Program-made: the position numbers and the translations under genes
Notes under the pieces: generated by a model
The model's database searches: none
What the model was told of the DNA's origin: nothing
The model's input: only the letters and a program-made list of their open reading frames with translations
Shown: positions 58,556 through 64,000 of the stretch, in pieces
Layout of the letters: the number at the start of each line of letters is the position of its first letter
How positions within the stretch are numbered: position 1 is the stretch's first letter
Assembly: GCA_016208165.1 (NCBI GenBank)
Contig: JACQYL010000001.1
Coordinates: 8,099 to 72,098 of the forward strand
Reading direction: 5' to 3'
From: Deltaproteobacteria bacterium
GTDB taxonomy: Bacteria; Desulfobacterota; Desulfarculia; JACQYL01
DNA length: 64,000 bases

Positions 58556-59188
58556 ACGCATGCATTCCCGTTTTTTCCCGCCGGGATCATCTCCTTCGTT
58601 CAGCGTCGGCTGTCAGAACTCCATGGGTTTGGCGGATAACTTGTCAATCGTTTGACACACGGATAAAATATGAACAGAAGACGGGTAAGATGAGCAATGG
58701 CCGTATAGGAATACAGGATTGTTCTTCGATGAACGGGAAAGAAAAGAGGTTTCTTTTTTCCAGGAGCATCTCCGGTAAAGGTCCGTTCACAGGACGAGAA
58801 GCAAGGTGATGCCTGAGGTCTGTTCAGAGGGTCGAAATCGGCGTCTATTCGAGTTCTCCTGCAGCCCTCGTTCAGCCCACCGACGAGGGCCGGCAGGTCC
58901 CGTAAGGGCGGGTTTGAAACCCGCTCCCAGATCATGATCCGCCTTCACTTTTTCGGACGCGGGTAACCCTTGGTTCCCCTCCAATCAGGATGAGGCGGGG
59001 CGTGAGGAACTGTCGTAGTACGAGCCGGTCTCAGTATCAGACCATTCTTGGGATATCCGGGAGGTGTCGTGTTGGCGGGGCGACGGATTGGCGCATTTCA
59101 AAAGAGGCTTTCGAGCGAGCCTATTGGCACATAAATTGCTCGGTTTAGGGAAAAGCATGTTCCACGCGCCCGATAGACAAGTAAGAAA

Positions 59189-61018
59189 ATGGTGAATAAG
59201 ACCATGACACTCAGTCATATTATCCAAGAGGCGAACCGGAAGCTTGAAACCGAAAGGGACGAACTGGTCAAGGTCGCCAAGGCCGAAAAATACCGGGGTA
59301 CCGTTGATGAAATCATGGAATTCCTGGATCAATACGACGGCCATTTTCAAGACACCAATGTCCAGGTGGTGAAGGCGGCTTTGGAAACGTTTCTCAGACG
59401 TCTTTCTCCCCCTGCGCTTAAACTGACGATGGCTTCCATGAAGCGCCAGGTAGGTATACAACTGGGCTCGGCAACCCAGGAGCCCTCCAATTCAGCTTCC
59501 GGAGGTGGCTCAGTGATCTCTCAAAGCGATATCGACGCTCTGCTCAAGGGGGCCAACGCTTCCGAGGAATCTACAAGCGCTTTCGAACAATCAGAGATCG
59601 ACGCGCTTCTCGGGGAGATTGAGGAACTTGGCCCGCAGTCAGGGAAAAGGCCTTCGGGCACACCGGCGAAAAAGCCGTTGGAAAGGTCTCCCCAAGCATC
59701 CACCGATCTGGGAGATCCAGACTTGATCGTGGATCAATCCGCCATTGATGCGCTTCTTGCCGGAGTAAAAGAGGACGCGAGCGCCAAAAGAACGGCCGGT
59801 ACGCCTTTGGTTGCGAAGAAAACGCCCGGCAAGAGCGTTGGACACGAATCCCGCACAACGGAACGTCCGTTTTTTGAGGAAGAAATAGTCAGTCAAACGG
59901 ACATCGACGCCCTTCTTTCTCAGGGGATGGTGTCCAAAAAAGAAATCGGCGTGGAGGCGGAAAGAGCGCTGGATCCTTCGCTGGTGGAGGAACTGCTGGC
60001 GCAGATTCAAACGGATGCGAAGCCTGAAGAATCAGCGGTGGTGGAAGACGCATCGGACCTCTCTCCCGAGACGGGATTTCCGACATCAGAGGATACGAAT
60101 ATAGATCAATCCTCCATCGACGCTCTTTTTTCGCAGGAAGCGGGGTCGCAGAAAGCACTCGAGGCCGAGGCCCAGGCGGCGCTGGATCAGACTTCCGTGG
60201 AGGAGCTGCTGGCGCAGATTGAAACGGATGCGAAGCCTGAAGAATCAGCGGTGGTGGAAGACGCATCGGACCTCTCTCCCGAGACGGGATTTTCGTCGTC
60301 GGAGGATACGAATATAGTTCAATCCTCCATCGATGCTCTTTTTTCGCAGGAAGCGGCGCCGGAAGAAAAGGACCAACTTGCCGATAGGGATTCATGGCTC
60401 GTCAATGGAACATCCGGTATAGAGGAAGCAGAAGCTCTGCTCGCGCCCGAAGGAGGGCCGATGCAGGCTTTCCCGGAAGAGGAGATGCCGGCCGCCGGAG
60501 AGGCGGCTTCCCCGGAATCTGCGGAGATTCCCATGGCTCCGGATCTGGAAGCAGGCGACGTGCCGTTGGAGATTGAATTACCGCTTATTGAACCCGTGCC
60601 CGATCAGCAGCGTGTGGTGGACGCCATCGTCGAGGCTACACGGAAAAAAGTGTCACAGAATCTTCCGCCCGCCGGCAAGAATCAACCCTCGCCCGGTGAG
60701 CATGTCCAGGGCGCAGTCGTCGGCAAGGAGGCTGCATTCCGTTCGCAAGACATAGGCAGGGAGCGCATTTTAGAAGAAAGAGGCGAGGCGAAAGTGCTGG
60801 ACACCTTCTATCGGATCTATGCCTGCGTCAACGGAAGCTATGAACTCCTATCGGAATCGAGCAGCGCGGAAGAGACGAAACAAAAACTGATGACCGCATG
60901 GATGGATCACGCAGGGAAAGATATTGTAATCAAACGTGTAACCCGAAAAGAGGTGCTGGTCATTAAAGAGGACCTCGATGACGTTCCGGTTCGCCTGGAA
61001 GTCACGTTGGATTCCTGA
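59189..61018 (+). CDS. protein with six tandem FliM-N-terminal-type CheY-binding peptides (xSQ[ST][DE]IDALL) and an unassigned C-terminal domain
   Basis: Motifs VISQSDIDALL, EQSEIDALL, VDQSAIDALL, VSQTDIDALL, DQSSIDALF, VQSSIDALF between roughly 59500 and 60360, including a near-perfect ~210-bp tandem duplication. Stop is 28 bp before fliN. Confidence 0.7.
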   Translation: MVNKTMTLSHIIQEANRKLETERDELVKVAKAEKYRGTVDEIMEFLDQYDGHFQDTNVQVVKAALETFLRRLSPPALKLTMASMKRQVGIQLGSATQEPSNSASGGGSVISQSDIDALLKGANASEESTSAFEQSEIDALLGEIEELGPQSGKRPSGTPAKKPLERSPQASTDLGDPDLIVDQSAIDALLAGVKEDASAKRTAGTPLVAKKTPGKSVGHESRTTERPFFEEEIVSQTDIDALLSQGMVSKKEIGVEAERALDPSLVEELLAQIQTDAKPEESAVVEDASDLSPETGFPTSEDTNIDQSSIDALFSQEAGSQKALEAEAQAALDQTSVEELLAQIETDAKPEESAVVEDASDLSPETGFSSSEDTNIVQSSIDALFSQEAAPEEKDQLADRDSWLVNGTSGIEEAEALLAPEGGPMQAFPEEEMPAAGEAASPESAEIPMAPDLEAGDVPLEIELPLIEPVPDQQRVVDAIVEATRKKVSQNLPPAGKNQPSPGEHVQGAVVGKEAAFRSQDIGRERILEERGEAKVLDTFYRIYACVNGSYELLSESSSAEETKQKLMTAWMDHAGKDIVIKRVTRKEVLVIKEDLDDVPVRLEVTLDS

Positions 61019-61046
61019 ACACGAATCGATGGTAAGGGCATAGGTT

Positions 61047-61496
61047 GTGGAAGAGAACGGCGTCAATACAACGGAAATGGACGATGCCTGGGAAGCCGCC
61101 CTGCGGGAGCAGCGGGACGCAGAAGCGGGTGTAACGCCGACCCAGGCTCAGGAAGACGAGAAAAGCCCGTCTCACCCGGTCCAACAGAGGGAACAGCGGC
61201 TTGGGGACGCTCTTGCGCCGTCACCCGGTACGGCAACCGTTGGTCTGGAACTCCTATTGAGTATTCCCGTTGAGGTGAGTGTCCGCTTGGGCGAGACAAA
61301 ACTGGTGGTGAACGATCTGATGCAGCTGGGCCAAGGAAGCATTGTCGAGCTGGATAAGTTGGCCGGCGCCGATTTGGATCTGATGATCAACGATGTGGTC
61401 ATGGGAAGGGGCGAAGTGGTCGTGGTGAACGATCGCTTCGGACTGAGGGTGACGGAGATCGTTTCACCGGAGGATCGAATCAAGGGACTCGGCTAG
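61047..61496 (+). CDS. fliN: flagellar motor switch protein FliN (SpoA domain)
   Basis: LLLSIPVEVSVRLGETKLVVNDLMQLGQGSIVELDKLAGADLDLMINDVVMGRGEVVVVNDRFGLRVTEIVSPEDRIK is the FliN/SpoA signature. Confidence 0.85.
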   Translation: MEENGVNTTEMDDAWEAALREQRDAEAGVTPTQAQEDEKSPSHPVQQREQRLGDALAPSPGTATVGLELLLSIPVEVSVRLGETKLVVNDLMQLGQGSIVELDKLAGADLDLMINDVVMGRGEVVVVNDRFGLRVTEIVSPEDRIKGLG

Positions 61497-61497
61497 C

Positions 61498-61938
61498 CTA
61501 ATAATCGTTTTCCGCCTCGGCTAAGCTTTGAAACAGCTCCGGGTACTGTTGGGCCCACTGAACAAAAAGAGCGAAATTAACGTAATCTCTGTAATAGACC
61601 ACGAGATCGTCTTGAAAGCGTACGAGCGTGCTACCCGGAACCGTCGCTTCCACACCGTTGTTGAATACCCCTCTCGCCTCCCATTCAACGAAAACCTGGT
61701 TGTCTTCCTGAACCGAGTTCATCACAAGATTCGGGGGAATGGTTTCGGCTTTCCAGATCAAGCGGGCCAGCTTGTTTCCTTTCCGAAGAAGTTGAAGAAC
61801 TTCTTTTCTCCCGAAGGTGGTAAGGTTATTTGCGTCCACGTAGGTCACGTCTTCGGTGAAGATTTCCTCCAGGCGAGCCCAGTTTGCATCCGGCAGCCAC
61901 TGCTCAAGAAAACGCTGAACGATTTCTTTCAACTGCAT
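61498..61938 (-). CDS. NTF2-like/SnoaL-like domain protein
   Basis: Approx 147 aa with a cone-like alpha+beta pattern. Weak assignment. Confidence 0.5.
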   Translation of the reverse strand: MQLKEIVQRFLEQWLPDANWARLEEIFTEDVTYVDANNLTTFGRKEVLQLLRKGNKLARLIWKAETIPPNLVMNSVQEDNQVFVEWEARGVFNNGVEATVPGSTLVRFQDDLVVYYRDYVNFALFVQWAQQYPELFQSLAEAENDY

Positions 61939-62076
61939 GTATGGTTCGCCTTTGAAAAGGAACAAAGTGCTTGTTTTGAAGGAAATCCTGCCTCGGGCTC
62001 GCAGCAGAATGAAGGATTCTTGATCACCGCCTCGGCTGCGTTCCCTTCAATGGTTCGATAACAAGAAGCACTCGCG

Positions 62077-62169
62077 TCTCGGTTCCCCCCATCGGGCGAA
62101 CGTCCAGGTGCTTTACCCTGCGGGAGAGCAGGGAGGGCGGGTTGGACGCGCCCGATGGGGGGAACCGAG
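62077..62169. repeat. perfect 22-bp-arm inverted repeat (TCTCGGTTCCCCCCATCGGGCG / CGCCCGATGGGGGGAACCGAGA) enclosing a nested 6-bp hairpin
   Basis: Seen directly. Lies immediately 3' of the mcm small-subunit stop and 5' of the NTF2-like gene. Confidence 0.6.
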
Positions 62170-62178
62170 ATTCCGGAT

Positions 62179-62580
62179 CTAGGAACTTTTCACGCGAGAT
62201 TGAATGTATTGGACAATTTCGGAGGTATACGTTCCCGGACCAAATATTCTGTCTATGCCTTTACTCAAGAGGCCGGGAATATCTTCCTCTGGGATGATGC
62301 CTCCGCCCAAAACAATAACGTCTTTCATGCCCTTCTCTTCCAGGAGTTCCATGATTCGGGGAAAGAGATAGTCATGAGCGCCTGATAATATGCTCAGCCC
62401 AATCACGTCTACGTCTTCCTGGAGGGCCGTTGTGGCGATTTGTTCGGGAGTCTGACGCAGGCCGGTGTATATTACTTCCATCCCCGCGTCTCGAAGCGCC
62501 GCTGAAATGACTTTGACACCACGGTCATGACCGTCCAGCCCCGGCTTTGCGGTCAAAACCCGGATTTTGCGTTCCGACAC
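62179..62580 (-). CDS. methylmalonyl-CoA mutase, B12-binding (small/C-terminal) subunit
   Basis: [35 protein letters not shown] is the DxHxxG cobalamin-binding motif. Confidence 0.85.
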   Translation of the reverse strand: MSERKIRVLTAKPGLDGHDRGVKVISAALRDAGMEVIYTGLRQTPEQIATTALQEDVDVIGLSILSGAHDYLFPRIMELLEEKGMKDVIVLGGGIIPEEDIPGLLSKGIDRIFGPGTYTSEIVQYIQSRVKSS

Positions 62581-62592
62581 GGACTATTCCTC

Positions 62593-64000
62593 CTATATGA
62601 TCGCGCTAGGCTGGTATTCGCCGAAAACACCCCTCAGAACGTCACAGATCTCGCCCAACGTGGCGTATGCTTTAACGGCATCAAGGATCGGAACCATGAG
62701 GTTTTCGTTCCCACGAGCCGTCTCCTCGAGGTTCTTGAGGGCCGTTGCAGAGGCATTGGAATCGCGTTCCTTCTTTAATTTCGTGAGCTTGGCTATCTGC
62801 CGGTTTCTCACTTCAGGATCCACCCTCAACAGGTTCGAGGGTTTTTCGCTGTCGGTCTGGTAGATGTTCAATCCAACCACGCTTCGATCTCCGGATTCGA
62901 TGGCCTTCTGGTAGCCGTATGCCGCGTTCTGGATCTCTTTCTGGATGAATCCCTGTTCGATGGCTGGGACGGACCCGCCCAACTCGTCGATCCTGTTTAT
63001 ATAGGCTACCGCTCCCTCTTCGATCTTATTGGTCAGCGACTCAATGTAATACGACCCCGCCAAAGGATCTATGGTGTCGGTCACCCCGGTTTCGCAGGCA
63101 ATCAGTTGTTGAGTGCGAAGGGCGATCTGCACCGCTTCCTCGGTGGGTAATGAAAGCGCTTCATCCATGGAGTTGGTGTGCAGGGACTGAGTGCCGCCGA
63201 GCACGGCGCTCATGGCCTGGAAGGCCACCCGCACGATGTTGTTGGGCGGTTGCTGGGCCGTCAGTGTGCAGCCCGCCGTTTGTGTGTGGAAGCGGAGCAT
63301 CATGGAGCGGGGGTCCTTGGCCCCGAAACGCTCTTTCATGATCCTCGCCCAAAGCCTCCGGGCGGCGCGATACTTGGCGATTTCTTCGAGAAAATCCAAG
63401 TGGGAGTTGAAAAAGAACGAAAGCCTGGGTCCGAACTGGTCGACATCGAGCCCGGCATCGATGGCAGCCTGGACATAAGCGATTCCATTCGCCAGTGTGA
63501 ACGCCACCTCTTGGACGGCGGTGGAGCCCGCCTCGCGGATGTGATACCCGCTGATGCTGATGGAGTTCCACTGAGGAATCTGGTCCGAGCAATAAGCAAA
63601 AATGTCCGTGATGATTCTCATGGAGGGACGTGGTGGAAAAATATATGTGCCGCGGGACGAGTACTCTTTCAAAATGTCGTTCTGGATCGTGCCGCGGAGG
63701 TCCGCCTGCGCTACCCCCTGCTTCTCGGCGACCGCGATGTACATGGCCAGAAGCACCGACGCCGGAGAATTGATCGTCATGGATGTGCTCACCTGGCCGA
63801 GGGGAATACCGCTAAAAAGGGTTTCCATGTCCAGCAAGGAATCGATGGCCACACCCACCTTGCCCACCTCTCCCAACGAAAGTTGGTGATCCGAGTCGTA
63901 TCCGATCTGGGTAGGAAGATCGAAAGCCACGGAAAGGCCGGTTTGGCCCTGCCCGAGCAGGAATTTGTACCGCTCGTTGGTTTCTTCGGCGCTGGCGAAT
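62593..64000 (-). CDS. methylmalonyl-CoA mutase large (catalytic) subunit, 3' part; gene runs off the window end
   Basis: The MCM N-terminal TIM-barrel domain (..[55 protein letters not shown]..). The reading frame stays open to position 64000. Confidence 0.9.
   Translation of the reverse strand, partial: FASAEETNERYKFLLGQGQTGLSVAFDLPTQIGYDSDHQLSLGEVGKVGVAIDSLLDMETLFSGIPLGQVSTSMTINSPASVLLAMYIAVAEKQGVAQADLRGTIQNDILKEYSSRGTYIFPPRPSMRIITDIFAYCSDQIPQWNSISISGYHIREAGSTAVQEVAFTLANGIAYVQAAIDAGLDVDQFGPRLSFFFNSHLDFLEEIAKYRAARRLWARIMKERFGAKDPRSMMLRFHTQTAGCTLTAQQPPNNIVRVAFQAMSAVLGGTQSLHTNSMDEALSLPTEEAVQIALRTQQLIACETGVTDTIDPLAGSYYIESLTNKIEEGAVAYINRIDELGGSVPAIEQGFIQKEIQNAAYGYQKAIESGDRSVVGLNIYQTDSEKPSNLLRVDPEVRNRQIAKLTKLKKERDSNASATALKNLEETARGNENLMVPILDAVKAYATLGEICDVLRGVFGEYQPSAII

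Noticed and set aside
1-64000. CRISPR arrays, tRNA or rRNA genes
   Set aside because: No short regularly spaced direct repeats. No cloverleaf-like segments with GTTC/TTCGA arms noticed in intergenic regions. No rRNA-like conserved stretches.

Overview
This is a 64 kb segment of a high-GC bacterial chromosome, densely coded on both strands. The gene content suggests a Desulfobacterota/deltaproteobacterial anaerobe, possibly a propionate-oxidising syntroph; that taxonomic guess is inference only. Supporting genes are an AhbA/B-type siroheme decarboxylase next to hemL, a Rex repressor beside atpZ/I/B/E, both subunits of methylmalonyl-CoA mutase, many PAS sensor kinases and pspF-pspABC.

Contents in order:
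- nnr(partial)-acpS-pdxJ and a class II aldolase.
- A four-gene signalling cluster: a 919-aa multi-PAS protein with near-identical tandem PAS repeats, a PAS histidine kinase, a CheY-like regulator and a REC-HisKA_3-HATPase-REC hybrid kinase.
- ahbA/B-hemL, atpZIBE-rex with a Rex-box and terminator, and a metal-handling-like pair (Gly/Met/His-rich secreted protein plus YHS protein).
- A frameshifted PduO-type adenosyltransferase, and a split KdpD-like pair (membrane histidine kinase plus membrane-Usp protein).
- A decayed IS1380-family transposase.
- A 9 kb block bounded by two paralogous secreted Cys-motif proteins. It contains a HAMP adenylate cyclase, a MaoC dehydratase, a DJ-1/AraC regulator, an MFS transporter, MoaB, MoaC and an acyl-CoA synthetase.
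- An M16 peptidase pair.
- A lower-GC three-gene operon: DUF262 nuclease-like protein, an AAA ATPase with a DUF3696-like tail, and a 318-aa protein with a RelE/ParE-like C-terminus. I consider this the best candidate for an undescribed defence-type system.
- An alpha/beta hydrolase, then an RND efflux pair translationally coupled to a Tat-signal Rieske protein.
- A sulfotransferase/TIGR03032/GT2 glycan cluster, an MFS transporter, a lipoprotein with an internal domain duplication, and an AT-rich foreign islet gene.
- pspF and pspABC with a sigma-54 promoter, an MscS-cNMP channel, and a 609-aa protein carrying six FliM-N-type CheY-binding peptides immediately upstream of fliN.
- An NTF2-like protein, a 22-bp-arm perfect inverted repeat, and methylmalonyl-CoA mutase (small subunit plus large subunit running off the window).

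No rRNA, tRNA or CRISPR was detected by eye.
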